Both the position numbers and the translations under genes were made by a program. The notes beneath the pieces were generated by a model, which was not told the DNA's origin, made no database searches, and saw only the letters and a list, made by a program, of their open reading frames with translations. Positions 8,479-17,922 of a DNA stretch of 31,932 nucleotides are shown here, one piece after another. The stretch comes from an uncultured bacterium (GTDB lineage Bacteria > Cyanobacteriota > Cyanobacteriia > FACHB-46). The stretch's first letter is position 1; each line of letters starts with the position of its first letter. Where the stretch lies: NCBI GenBank assembly GCA_966211855.1, contig CBIHQL010000001.1, positions 1 to 31,932 on the forward strand, given 5' to 3'.

Positions 8479-8724
8479 ATCGCCTACTGCTGCTGGAGCT
8501 TGGTGTGAGGTTAGGCAGTTACAGTACCGCTGCGTGGCGTTAATTGATGAGAATGCAAGATTCACTTTAGATTTGTTTGCCAACTCCACACCCCGATATG
8601 AGCAAGTTGCATCAAGTCTGAAGCTGAGCGATCGCTACATGGGGACTGGTATTGTCAGCGTTAGTATGGCAATATTGCGCTTCGAGACAGATCAGTGCAG
8701 GGTAAACAGGCGCAGGCAACAACT

Positions 8725-9660
8725 ATGTCAGATTTAGCAGAGCAGTGGAGCATTCCCGTTGCGCCAGAGGGTTTTAAGTCAGGGTTCGTCGGCATTATTG
8801 GTCGCCCGAATGTTGGCAAGTCTACGTTGATGAATCATCTGGTGGGGCAGAAGATTGCCATCACCTCCCCGGTCGCTCAAACGACGCGTAATCGCCTGTT
8901 AGGAATTCTGACTACGCCTGACACTCAGTTTATTTTTGTCGATACGCCTGGAATTCATAAACCGCATCACCAATTGGGCGAAGTCTTAGTCAAAAATGCC
9001 CAAATTGCCATTCACTCGGTCGATGTGGTGCTGTTTGTAGTCGATAGCTCGGTAGAGGCAGGGGGCGGCGATCGCTTCATTATCGACCTGCTGAGCAAAA
9101 CTGAAACCCCGGTGATTTTGGGGCTAAATAAAATTGACCAGCAACCCGACGATGCCGAAGCCTTAGACGAAAGTTATCGCGCCTTAGCAGAACCCTTTGG
9201 TTGGCCTGTCGTGAAATTCTCCGCCTTGACCGGAGAAGGTTTGGAACCGCTACAGACCTTGCTTCGCGATCGCCTTGAACCTGGCCCTTACTACTACCCG
9301 CCCGATCTGGTCACCGACCAACCTGAGCGTTTCATCATGGGCGAATTAATCCGCGAACAAATTTTGCTGCTGACTCGCGAAGAAGTACCGCACTCGGTCG
9401 CTATTTCGATTGATCGGGTGGAAGAAGAACCCAAGATCACCCGCTTGCTAGCTACCATTCACGTCGAGCGGCAATCGCAAAAAGGCATCATTATTGGCAA
9501 AGGCGGCAGTATGCTCAAAGCGATCGGCAGTGCAGCGCGAGAGCAAATGCAAAAGCTGATTGCGGGCAAAGTTTATTTAGAGTTGTTTGTGAAAGTGCAA
9601 CCGAAGTGGCGACAATCTCGAACTCGCCTCGCAGAACTCGGTTATCGCGTGGAGGAATAG
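8725..9660 (+). CDS. era: GTPase Era
   Basis: G1 GRPNVGKS, G2 QTTR, G3 DTPG, G4 NKID and KH motif IIIGKGG. ATG 8725 is the preferred start. Confidence 0.97.
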   Translation: MSDLAEQWSIPVAPEGFKSGFVGIIGRPNVGKSTLMNHLVGQKIAITSPVAQTTRNRLLGILTTPDTQFIFVDTPGIHKPHHQLGEVLVKNAQIAIHSVDVVLFVVDSSVEAGGGDRFIIDLLSKTETPVILGLNKIDQQPDDAEALDESYRALAEPFGWPVVKFSALTGEGLEPLQTLLRDRLEPGPYYYPPDLVTDQPERFIMGELIREQILLLTREEVPHSVAISIDRVEEEPKITRLLATIHVERQSQKGIIIGKGGSMLKAIGSAAREQMQKLIAGKVYLELFVKVQPKWRQSRTRLAELGYRVEE

Positions 9661-10592
9661 TGGAGCAAATTGCACGGTATCGAGGGGCTTTGCTGGGGCT
9701 GGCAGCAGGAGATGCGATCGGCACCACTCTAGAATTTGAACAACCGGGCACCTTTACCCCCATCACTGACATGGTCGGAGGTGGCCCTTTTAACCTCCAG
9801 CCCGGACAGTGGACAGACGACACCTCTATGGCACTCTGCCTTGCCGAAAGCTTAATCGAGTGCCAAGGGTTTGATCCGGTGCATCAGCTCGAAAAATATA
9901 ACCGTTGGTATCGCGAAGGCTACCTCAGTAGTACGGGGCGCTGCTTTGATATTGGCAATGCCACCCGCGCCGCCCTGTTGAAATTTGAAGCGACGAGAAA
10001 GCCTGATTGCGGGTCTACCGATCCCCGTTCCGCAGGCAATGGCTCGATCATGCGTTTGGCTCCGGTGCCGTTGTTTTATGCTGAACGACCGAAGGAGGCG
10101 ATCGCGAAATCTGCCGAAAGTTCTCGCACGACCCATGCTGCCCCAACCACAATTGATGCCTGCCGCTATTTGGGAGCGCTGATTGTGGGTGCTGTTCAAG
10201 GAGTCAGCAAAGCAGAACTTCTCTCAGATCATTACAGCCCGATTCCTGATTACTGGAGCGATCAGCCCCTCGTTCCTGAAATCGCTGAGATTGCCAGAGG
10301 TTCTTTCAAGCAACGCCAACCCCCAGAAATTCAAGGGTCTGGGTACGTGGTCAAATCGCTAGAAGCAGCACTGTGGGCCTTCCACAACAGCGACTCTTTC
10401 CGCGAAGGCTGTCTCTTAGCAGTGAATTTGGGCGATGATGCCGACACCACCGCAGCCGTGTATGGTCAACTGGCAGGGGCCTTTTACGGAGAAGCCGGAA
10501 TTCCAGCCGAGTGGCGATCGCGGTTGGCATACCGAGAGTTGATCGAATCTCTTGCCGATCAACTATTTCACCTCTCGCGATCGCTCTCCTAA
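9660..10592 (+). CDS. ADP-ribosylglycohydrolase (DraG/ARH family)
   Basis: GDAIG, WTDDT, GNGSIMR and GDDADTT motifs. Likely start is GTG 9660, overlapping the era TAG by 1 nt, with GGAGG at 9651-9655. Confidence 0.92.
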   Translation: MEQIARYRGALLGLAAGDAIGTTLEFEQPGTFTPITDMVGGGPFNLQPGQWTDDTSMALCLAESLIECQGFDPVHQLEKYNRWYREGYLSSTGRCFDIGNATRAALLKFEATRKPDCGSTDPRSAGNGSIMRLAPVPLFYAERPKEAIAKSAESSRTTHAAPTTIDACRYLGALIVGAVQGVSKAELLSDHYSPIPDYWSDQPLVPEIAEIARGSFKQRQPPEIQGSGYVVKSLEAALWAFHNSDSFREGCLLAVNLGDDADTTAAVYGQLAGAFYGEAGIPAEWRSRLAYRELIESLADQLFHLSRSLS

Positions 10593-10605
10593 ATGCACTT
10601 TGAAC

Positions 10606-11655
10606 CTAAGCCAACAAATCTTTTAACGCAGATAGTAGAGCTTGGTTTTGTTCATCAGTGCCGACAGTGATCCGCAGTTTGTCACTTAAGCGGGGTTGGT
10701 TGAAGTAGCGCACCAAAATGCCTCGGGCTTTCAGGGCTTGGTACAGCTCACCCGCTCGGTTATCAGGGGCTTCAGCCAAAACAAAATTAGCTTGCGAAGG
10801 CCGCACTTTGAAACCGAGTTTGGTCAAGCTATCAGTGAGTTGGGCACGGGAAGCCTTGACTCGCTCGGCACAGGTGTTTTTGTAGGCTTGGTCAGCGATC
10901 GCCGCAGCGCCAACCGCACAAGCTACTGCATCCACGTTGTAGCTGTCTTTGACTTTGATCAATCCCGACAACAGTTCTGGATTGGCAACCCCAAATCCGA
11001 GCCGCAACCCCGCTAGAGAATAGCCTTTAGAGAAAGTCCGCAGCACAATCACGTTGTCGTGCTCTTTCACCAGTTCGAGGGCGTTGGATTCAGCAAAATC
11101 AGCATAGGCTTCATCGATCGCCAAGACACCAGAAAGGTGACTAGCCAGCTTGCTGAGTAAGTCCAGCGGTACTAAGGTTCCAGACGGGCTATTTGGGGAG
11201 GCAATAAACGTGATCGCTCCATTCGCAGCAATCAGTTGTTCAACGGGCAGGTTGTAGTCCTCGTCGTAGGGCACTTCGACAACTTTCGTGTCCTGAATTT
11301 CCGCCAAAGTTTCATAGAGGACGTAAGTGGGTGTGGGATAGACAATCTTGCGATCGCCCTCGGTGCAAGCCCGTACCAGCAAATTCAAGATGTCATCGCT
11401 CCCGTTACCCGCCAAAATCCAGTCGTGGGGAACACCCAAAACCTGACTCGCCGCTTGCCGAAAAGCATCAGCCATCGGGTGCGGGTAGCGTCGCAGCAGT
11501 TCGCCATCAAAGTCACGCAACACTTGCAAGGCTTTTTCTGAGGGCGGGTAAGGGTTTTCGTTTGTATTTAGCTTAATGACTTTCACGCCTGGGGCTGGCT
11601 GTTCCCCCGGTTGGTAGCCAGTCATCGCGTCAACGCTGGGACGGAAGTAACTCAT
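10606..11655 (-). CDS. hisC: Histidinol-phosphate aminotransferase
   Basis: KLNTNENPYPP, GNGSD, DEAY and PLP lysine motif RTFSKGYSLAGLRLG. Confidence 0.95.
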   Translation of the reverse strand: MSYFRPSVDAMTGYQPGEQPAPGVKVIKLNTNENPYPPSEKALQVLRDFDGELLRRYPHPMADAFRQAASQVLGVPHDWILAGNGSDDILNLLVRACTEGDRKIVYPTPTYVLYETLAEIQDTKVVEVPYDEDYNLPVEQLIAANGAITFIASPNSPSGTLVPLDLLSKLASHLSGVLAIDEAYADFAESNALELVKEHDNVIVLRTFSKGYSLAGLRLGFGVANPELLSGLIKVKDSYNVDAVACAVGAAAIADQAYKNTCAERVKASRAQLTDSLTKLGFKVRPSQANFVLAEAPDNRAGELYQALKARGILVRYFNQPRLSDKLRITVGTDEQNQALLSALKDLLA

Positions 11656-11722
11656 GGTTCTGTTTGGAAAATAAGAGTTGGAGGTTGGGTAATGAATGGT
11701 GGGAAGTTAATATCTTCGCTGA

Positions 11723-11832
11723 CCCCTCCCCAACCCCTCCCCGGCGCGGAGAGGGGCTCTTCAACCAATTGCCGCTTACAACAATTTCTTGCTCCCCCTT
11801 CCCTAGCAGGGAAGGGGGCTGGGGGGTTAGGT
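11723..11832. repeat. Inverted pair of REP-like elements between aroB and hisC
   Basis: Plus-strand copy CCCCTCCCCAA-CCCCTCCCC-GGCGC-GGAGAGGGG (11723-11756); minus-strand copy ACCTAACCCCCCAG plus 11-bp hairpin CCCCCTTCCCT/AGGGAAGGGGG (11792-11832). Confidence 0.75.
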
Positions 11833-11840
11833 CACACCTT

Positions 11841-12950
11841 CTACTGCATGGCACGAAGAACCTGACGGATCACATCAGCAGGAACTTGATCGGTGATCGT
11901 GACGGTGCCGATTTGGGTGGGCAGAATGAACCGCACTCGTCCATCTTGGACTTTTTTATCGGTTTGGAGGCTGTCTACGATCGCGTCAATATTCACCCCG
12001 GCAGGCAGTTTGGTGGGTAGACCTGTTTTCTCGATTAAGGCGAGTTGGCGATCGCTGGCTGCTTGATCCCACATATTTAGAGCAACAGCGATTTGCCCAG
12101 CTGCAACCATCCCGATCGCAACGGCTTCACCATGATTAACCACACGGTAGCCCGTTAAGCTCTCAACTGCATGACCAATGGTATGCCCGTAGTTGAGGAT
12201 GGCGCGGAGTCCGGCTTCTTTCTCGTCTTTGCTAACGACATGGGCTTTGGCTTGGCAAGAACGAGTCAAAATTTCTTGCAGTAGGTCGTCGCTGACGTAG
12301 CGGAGTTGGTCGAGGCGCTTGCTTTGCTCTAACTTCTCAAACAGTTCGGCATCCCAAATGATCCCGTATTTGATCACCTCAGCCATCCCAGCCCGAAATT
12401 CTCTTGCTGGCAGGGTTTTCAAAACTTGTGGGTCAATCAGTACCAGTTTGGGTTGATAAAACGCCCCAATCAAATTTTTGCCGTTGGGGTGGTTAATCCC
12501 AGTTTTGCCACCAATCGAGGCATCAACCATTGCTAGTAGGGTCGTGGGGACTTGCACAAAGTTAATGCCCCGGAGCCACGTCGCAGCGGCAAATCCAGTC
12601 ATATCGCCAATGACTCCACCACCCAACGCCAACAGGGTCGAGGAGCGCTCTAGGCGATTTTCTAAGGCAACATCATAAATTTTTTGCAGTGAGGCAGGGG
12701 TTTTGTAGCGCTCCCCGGCAGGCAAAATGCACTGCGCAACCGTAAAGCCCGCTGCTTCGAGAGAGGCGATCGCTCGTTGACCGTAATGCTTGAAGATGGG
12801 GGGACTGGAAACGACGAGAATTTTTTTACCTAGTTTGAGCGGCTGTGCGCCATGCCCGATGAGCCAGTTGCCTAGCTGATCTAGCCCACCGGATGCGATC
12901 GCAATATCGTAAGACTGTTGTGGTAATTCAACAGGAATCACAGACTTCAT
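11841..12950 (-). CDS. aroB: 3-dehydroquinate synthase
   Basis: [25 protein letters not shown] and [12 protein letters not shown] motifs. ATG 12950 is the preferred start. Confidence 0.97.
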   Translation of the reverse strand: MKSVIPVELPQQSYDIAIASGGLDQLGNWLIGHGAQPLKLGKKILVVSSPPIFKHYGQRAIASLEAAGFTVAQCILPAGERYKTPASLQKIYDVALENRLERSSTLLALGGGVIGDMTGFAAATWLRGINFVQVPTTLLAMVDASIGGKTGINHPNGKNLIGAFYQPKLVLIDPQVLKTLPAREFRAGMAEVIKYGIIWDAELFEKLEQSKRLDQLRYVSDDLLQEILTRSCQAKAHVVSKDEKEAGLRAILNYGHTIGHAVESLTGYRVVNHGEAVAIGMVAAGQIAVALNMWDQAASDRQLALIEKTGLPTKLPAGVNIDAIVDSLQTDKKVQDGRVRFILPTQIGTVTITDQVPADVIRQVLRAMQ

Positions 12951-13048
12951 TTGGTTTCGTTCTGCCCCAACTAACAAAGGCCCGTGGGCTGTATTCTACT
13001 CCACTAAATGATTCAATAGTTTTGTTGGGTTCTTGTGGAGAATTGTCC

Positions 13049-13144
13049 ATGTCTGGTGCAGTTTCTTACCTCCTACTGCTTGGTTTGGCTTACGGTGCAG
13101 CTCTCGGCTTATTTTTCGGTCTCCGGGCTGTCAAGTTAATCTAA
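13049..13144 (+). CDS. petL: Cytochrome b6f subunit PetL
   Basis: 31-aa single-helix peptide MSGAVSYLLLLGLAYGAALGLFFGLRAVKLI with the typical GLRAVKLI end; GGAG upstream. Confidence 0.9.
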   Translation: MSGAVSYLLLLGLAYGAALGLFFGLRAVKLI

Positions 13145-13359
13145 AACCAAACCTGGGGGATTTTCCCCCACTTTTTTTCGGGGCGATCGCCTCCCAAATT
13201 TGCTACAAGCACCTGATCAAGCTCCGAGACGACCGCAAACTTAATTAATCTCTCGCCGTTCAGTCACAGGTATCACTTTTGACTGAGGGCGATCGCTGCA
13301 TTAATTCGTTATTAATTAATCAAGAAAGATTAATTAGTAAAGTTGAGAAAAGGTCAGCC

Positions 13360-13530
13360 GTGCCTCTAGATGATTCTGTGGCTAAAGAACTTTATCAAAG
13401 GTTGTCCGCTAAAGTGCAGAATGTAGCGCAGAAAATCACCAAGCAGGTAGAAGCAACGACACAAGCTTGGCATCAACCCGCTGCCTCTGATAGGAATGAC
13501 CTATCCTCAACCTTCAAAACGAAACAGTGA
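13360..13530 (+). CDS. Possible 56-aa small protein (amphipathic helix)
   Basis: GTG start after AAAAGG, within track ORF 13279..13530. No recognisable family. Confidence 0.3.
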   Translation: MPLDDSVAKELYQRLSAKVQNVAQKITKQVEATTQAWHQPAASDRNDLSSTFKTKQ

Positions 13531-13536
13531 TTGTGG

Positions 13537-15795
13537 CTATTCTGAGGGCAATAAGACCTTGACTCTGGCAAACTTCAAGCCTGTTACCCCTTGTAAGGGT
13601 TCGACATTGCCCATTTCAAGCGCGGTGCCTATCCAGCCTTCCCGTCTTAAGTAATGCAGATATTGTTGATATTCCGCCCACTCTTCATCGGTGGAATAGA
13701 CCAAGGTCAACATTCCAGGTTGCGTGATCCGATTTTTTGATTGTTGGTCTAAGGCTTTATCAATGCGCTTTTTCACGATTTCGTAGCGGGTATCGCGCGT
13801 TCCTTTGACATCAAACAAGCGTTCGGTGTTGGTGTCATGAAAAATATCAACGGTTAAATCCTGAACCAACACTAAATGGGTCACCTGCAGTTTGGTTTGG
13901 TGATGCTTTTCTAGCGTTAGAGCGGCTCGCGCACAATCACACACTGCCCGCAACTGCTCATAGCGCAGGCTCCGCAAGTGAAACGTGCAAAACTTCAGAT
14001 CAATTGAGGCACCAGCATAAATCATGTGATCAATGCCGTCGGTGCATTCAATATCGCAATAATGCGGCGTAATTTTCTGCATGCGTTCCTGCCAACGTTC
14101 CCAGGTTTCGCGCAGCACGGTATTAATCTCGGCGATCATCTGGTCATATTGGGCACGGGCGATGTAGACACTTTTGTGCTCATTGTCACAGGCGACCCGA
14201 TAGGCTTCTACGGCAGCTTGAGCCGCAGGATTGCATTGGGCAAAGTAATTAAGGTGAATTTCTAAGCGATCGCTTAAATATTTGAGCACCGTAATTTCAG
14301 CGTCTACAGTAATGCCCGCTTCAAGTTGCTGAATGCGATCGCCCAAATCTAGCCGCAGTTGCTCACCAAGGGCAGTTTCTTGAGCTTGGCATACAGCTTC
14401 TACCACAGCCAAACCCAGCCGCAATTGTGTCAACAAATCAGTTTGAATGGCTCGGTTACGCTCTTCTGAAGAACTGCGAATATCCGAGATGCCGTAGAGA
14501 GGGTAGACATTGCTAAACACCACTGGCTCAGGCGGTAGCCCCCAACTTTGCCGCTCAGCTTCTTGGAGAAACCGCCACTCAACGGCTGGATGGATATTGT
14601 GAATCGTGGTTAAGCGCTGCTGCACGGCTTGTCGCAAAGCCACTGTGAGCGGGGCAATCAGTTCGGTAGCGTGTTGACAGTCGATCGGGTCAAAGTGGCA
14701 AGGGCGATCGCTCGTCAGCCCGACAATGCCAGCCAACTGTCGCGAACCCGGCATCGAGGTCATCGACTGCACAACCAACGGAATCAACAGCAGCGATCGC
14801 ACGCCTTGGGCTAACAAATGCTGTTCACACTCTGTTTGGCAGTTGATACTGAGGTCAGAAACATTCCAAATGCGATTTTGCTCGGCTGCCCGCAAGAAAT
14901 GTGACCCTTGCAACTGCTTCATCGCGTAAGCAGCGACTTCTAACTCCTCATACTCAGTGCCAATAAATAGTCGGGCTTGTTCACCCTCAGCGCTGAGAAT
15001 GATACTGTTGTCGGCTCGAAACAGCGATCGCAACGCTTGATTGACTTGCTGAAACTTTTCAGGCCGCAAAATCGACTCGCGATCGATCAACAAATGGGTC
15101 AAACGGCGAATTTTTTCTCGCAGCGTAATATCGACTCCTTCTAGAAACAGCACCCCGTTCAACTGGTAATCATCGAGTGAGAGTTGCTGCTCTAGTACTT
15201 GCCACTGCTGAGGATCGCTGAGACGAGCAATAATTTCTGATTCACTGAGCTGTTGCCAATCTGACCAGTCAGTTTGCATCGTTGCTAACGGAGTCACCTG
15301 CACCCCAGCCGAGCGCAACGACATTAAAACAAACCGACCTTCTTGCTCTACTTGATCTATGGCTGGGAAGTGAACTGTAATGGTCTGCTCTAGCCCACGC
15401 CAGTGAGTGGGTACAGCCGGACATACGCTGCGCAACACCGCATAAATGATGTGTCGCCGATAAAGTTGTTGCACCGCTAAGCGATCGTTGGCGGGTATGC
15501 GATCGAGCCACTGAGTTGTGACGCTATTGTGTGGGGTTACTCCCCCTAACAACTGGCAAAAAGAGTCGGTAGCATATTCAAAGGTTAAAGTTTGGGGAGC
15601 GATCGCAGCTAATAATACCTGGCTTTGTTGCTGCCATACCTGCAACCACTGTTCTGCGTGAGTGAACTCTTGGGGTGCGTCACTCATGGGTTCTTCTGGT
15701 TGCGGCAACAGCTCATCCCAAAACTCATTCTCCTGGTAGGGTGCGATCGTAGACTGATTAGGCTCCAGTTTAATGGCAGACTCAGGAGATGACAT
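13537..15795 (-). CDS. PAS-like plus GAF sensor protein with a putative divergent class III nucleotide cyclase C-terminal domain
   Basis: PAS-like pieces (EYATDSFCQLLG, WLDRIPANDR, GVDIT) and GAF (GVRSLLLIPL..GIVGLTS). The C-terminal motif series is given in the findings; that domain call is inference. Confidence 0.8.
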   Translation of the reverse strand: MSSPESAIKLEPNQSTIAPYQENEFWDELLPQPEEPMSDAPQEFTHAEQWLQVWQQQSQVLLAAIAPQTLTFEYATDSFCQLLGGVTPHNSVTTQWLDRIPANDRLAVQQLYRRHIIYAVLRSVCPAVPTHWRGLEQTITVHFPAIDQVEQEGRFVLMSLRSAGVQVTPLATMQTDWSDWQQLSESEIIARLSDPQQWQVLEQQLSLDDYQLNGVLFLEGVDITLREKIRRLTHLLIDRESILRPEKFQQVNQALRSLFRADNSIILSAEGEQARLFIGTEYEELEVAAYAMKQLQGSHFLRAAEQNRIWNVSDLSINCQTECEQHLLAQGVRSLLLIPLVVQSMTSMPGSRQLAGIVGLTSDRPCHFDPIDCQHATELIAPLTVALRQAVQQRLTTIHNIHPAVEWRFLQEAERQSWGLPPEPVVFSNVYPLYGISDIRSSSEERNRAIQTDLLTQLRLGLAVVEAVCQAQETALGEQLRLDLGDRIQQLEAGITVDAEITVLKYLSDRLEIHLNYFAQCNPAAQAAVEAYRVACDNEHKSVYIARAQYDQMIAEINTVLRETWERWQERMQKITPHYCDIECTDGIDHMIYAGASIDLKFCTFHLRSLRYEQLRAVCDCARAALTLEKHHQTKLQVTHLVLVQDLTVDIFHDTNTERLFDVKGTRDTRYEIVKKRIDKALDQQSKNRITQPGMLTLVYSTDEEWAEYQQYLHYLRREGWIGTALEMGNVEPLQGVTGLKFARVKVLLPSE

Positions 15796-16060
15796 AGAGG
15801 TGCAATAATTTGGCGCTACAGTCTATTGTTAGCATCCCAGCATCCAAATAATTGTTACTGTTACCGACTTTTGCTTATCCTTAGGGCAAGGGGTTTGCAA
15901 AACTTTGTAAGCGATCACTACACTCAACGCTCAGCAGCAGCCTCAGAATTCCTCACTGCACCAGAAACGAAAGCAGTTAATCTGGGTAGATGGGGAAGCG
16001 GCTACCTGCTGGCGTACCTCCAGACTTAGAACTTCTCATCTGCACACTACGATTTAAGTT

Positions 16061-17521
16061 ATGTTTGACGCGCTCGCTGATCGCCTAGAGGTTGCCTGGA
16101 AGAAACTACGGGGCCAGGACAAAATTTCTGAAACCAACATTCAGGAAGCCCTGCGAGAGGTTCGTCGGGCTTTACTAGAGGCCGATGTTAACCTTCAAGT
16201 CGTCAAAGACTTCATTGCCGAGTTGCAAACAAAAGCACTTGGGGCTGAGGTAATCTCTGGCGTTCGGCCCGACCAGCAGTTTATCAAGATCGTCTACGAT
16301 GAGCTGGTTGAGGTCATGGGGGAAACTAACGTTCCCCTGGCAGAAGTTGACACTGCTCCCACCATTATCTTGATGGCTGGTTTGCAAGGGACAGGTAAAA
16401 CGACTGCAACGGCTAAACTCGCCCTGCATTTACGCAAAGAAAATCGCAGCACCCTTTTGGTCGCCACTGACGTTTATCGCCCCGCCGCGATCGACCAGTT
16501 GATCACCTTGGGTAAACAAATTGACATTCCCGTCTTTGAGATGGGTTCGGATGCTGACCCCGTAGAAATTGCCCGCCAAGGGGTTGAGCGTGCCAGAGCC
16601 GAAGGCATCAACACCGTGATCATCGACACGGCAGGCCGTCTGCAAATTGACCAAAATATGATGTCGGAGCTAGCCCGCATCAAAGAAACCGTCCAACCCC
16701 ACGAAACGCTGCTGGTGGTAGACGCGATGACGGGTCAAGAAGCCGCCAATCTAACCCGCACCTTCCATGAGCAGATTGGCATCACGGGTGCAATTCTCAC
16801 CAAAATGGATGGGGATACTCGTGGGGGCGCGGCGCTCTCGGTGCGGCGCATCTCTGGGCAACCGATCAAATTTATCGGGGTTGGCGAAAAAGTAGACGCA
16901 CTGCAACCGTTTTACCCAGATCGGATGGCCTCCCGCATCTTGGGCATGGGTGACGTGCTCACCTTGGTAGAAAAAGCCCAAGAAGCCGTTGATTTATCAG
17001 ATGCCGAAAAGATTCAAGAGAAGATTCTCACGGCTCAATTTGATTTTACTGACTTCCTCAAGCAGACCCGCTTGCTGAAAAACATGGGGTCGCTGGGCGG
17101 GATCATGAAGCTGATTCCTGGGATGAACAAAATCAGCAATGAGCAGCTCCAGCAAGGCGAGCAACAGCTCAAACGGGCTGAGTCGATGATCAACTCAATG
17201 ACTGTCGAAGAGCGCCGCAACCCAGATTTGCTTTCTAGCTCACCTAGCCGTCGTCGTCGCGTGGCTCGGGGGGCAGGGTATGGCGAGTCAGATGTGGCGA
17301 AGTTGGTGAGTGACTTCCAAAAGATGCGATCGCTGATGCAGCAGATGGGTCAAGGCAACTTCCCCGGAATGCCAGGAATGTTTGGGGGTGGCCCTTTTGG
17401 GGGTGGCCCTGGTTATGGTGGCAACCCAGCTTCACAACCCGGATGGCGTGGTTATCCAGGGGGTGCTCCAGCTAAGAAAAAGAAAAAAGAGAAGAAGAAA
17501 AAAGGCTTTGGATCTTTGTAG
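16061..17521 (+). CDS. ffh: Signal recognition particle protein Ffh
   Basis: GLQGTGKTT, DTAGRLQ, TKMDGDTRGG, M domain, and a Gly/Lys-rich tail. Confidence 0.98.
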   Translation: MFDALADRLEVAWKKLRGQDKISETNIQEALREVRRALLEADVNLQVVKDFIAELQTKALGAEVISGVRPDQQFIKIVYDELVEVMGETNVPLAEVDTAPTIILMAGLQGTGKTTATAKLALHLRKENRSTLLVATDVYRPAAIDQLITLGKQIDIPVFEMGSDADPVEIARQGVERARAEGINTVIIDTAGRLQIDQNMMSELARIKETVQPHETLLVVDAMTGQEAANLTRTFHEQIGITGAILTKMDGDTRGGAALSVRRISGQPIKFIGVGEKVDALQPFYPDRMASRILGMGDVLTLVEKAQEAVDLSDAEKIQEKILTAQFDFTDFLKQTRLLKNMGSLGGIMKLIPGMNKISNEQLQQGEQQLKRAESMINSMTVEERRNPDLLSSSPSRRRRVARGAGYGESDVAKLVSDFQKMRSLMQQMGQGNFPGMPGMFGGGPFGGGPGYGGNPASQPGWRGYPGGAPAKKKKKEKKKKGFGSL

Positions 17522-17673
17522 CGATCGCCAGTACGGTAGCATGTACGCTGGGTCAGGTGATATGATGATCCATTCAGTGGCATGCAATTTTTTTTAGCCC
17601 AGCAATCCCGCGCTAACGGCTTGCGGCTATTAGCGCAGATTCTTGTAATTCCTTAGGAGCAAACCCCTCAAGC

Positions 17674-17922
17674 ATGATCAAACTGCGGTTGAAGCGATAC
17701 GGCAAAAAGCGCGAAACCAGCTACCGGATTGTAGCCATGAACAGCACCTCCCGCCGGGATGGTCGCGCTCTCGAAGAACTGGGCTTCTACAATCCCAGAA
17801 CCGATGAAGTGCGCCTAGAAGTCGAGGCGATCGTCAAGCGTCTCAAAGAAGGGGCACAGCCTACCGAAACGGTACGCAGCATTCTTCGCAAAGCCAATGT
17901 CTTTGAACAGGTCCGTGCCTGA
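17674..17922 (+). CDS. rpsP: 30S ribosomal protein bS16
   Basis: [37 protein letters not shown]. Confidence 0.98.
   Translation: MIKLRLKRYGKKRETSYRIVAMNSTSRRDGRALEELGFYNPRTDEVRLEVEAIVKRLKEGAQPTETVRSILRKANVFEQVRA

Noticed and set aside
15958-15990. SRP-RNA-like motif (CCAGAAACGAAAGCAG..TCTGG) in the ffh leader, suggesting Ffh autoregulation
   Set aside because: Lacks the GNRA-capped stem and the spacing of SRP helix 8 (CAGG-UCC-GGAA-GGAAGCAG); the similarity is too short.
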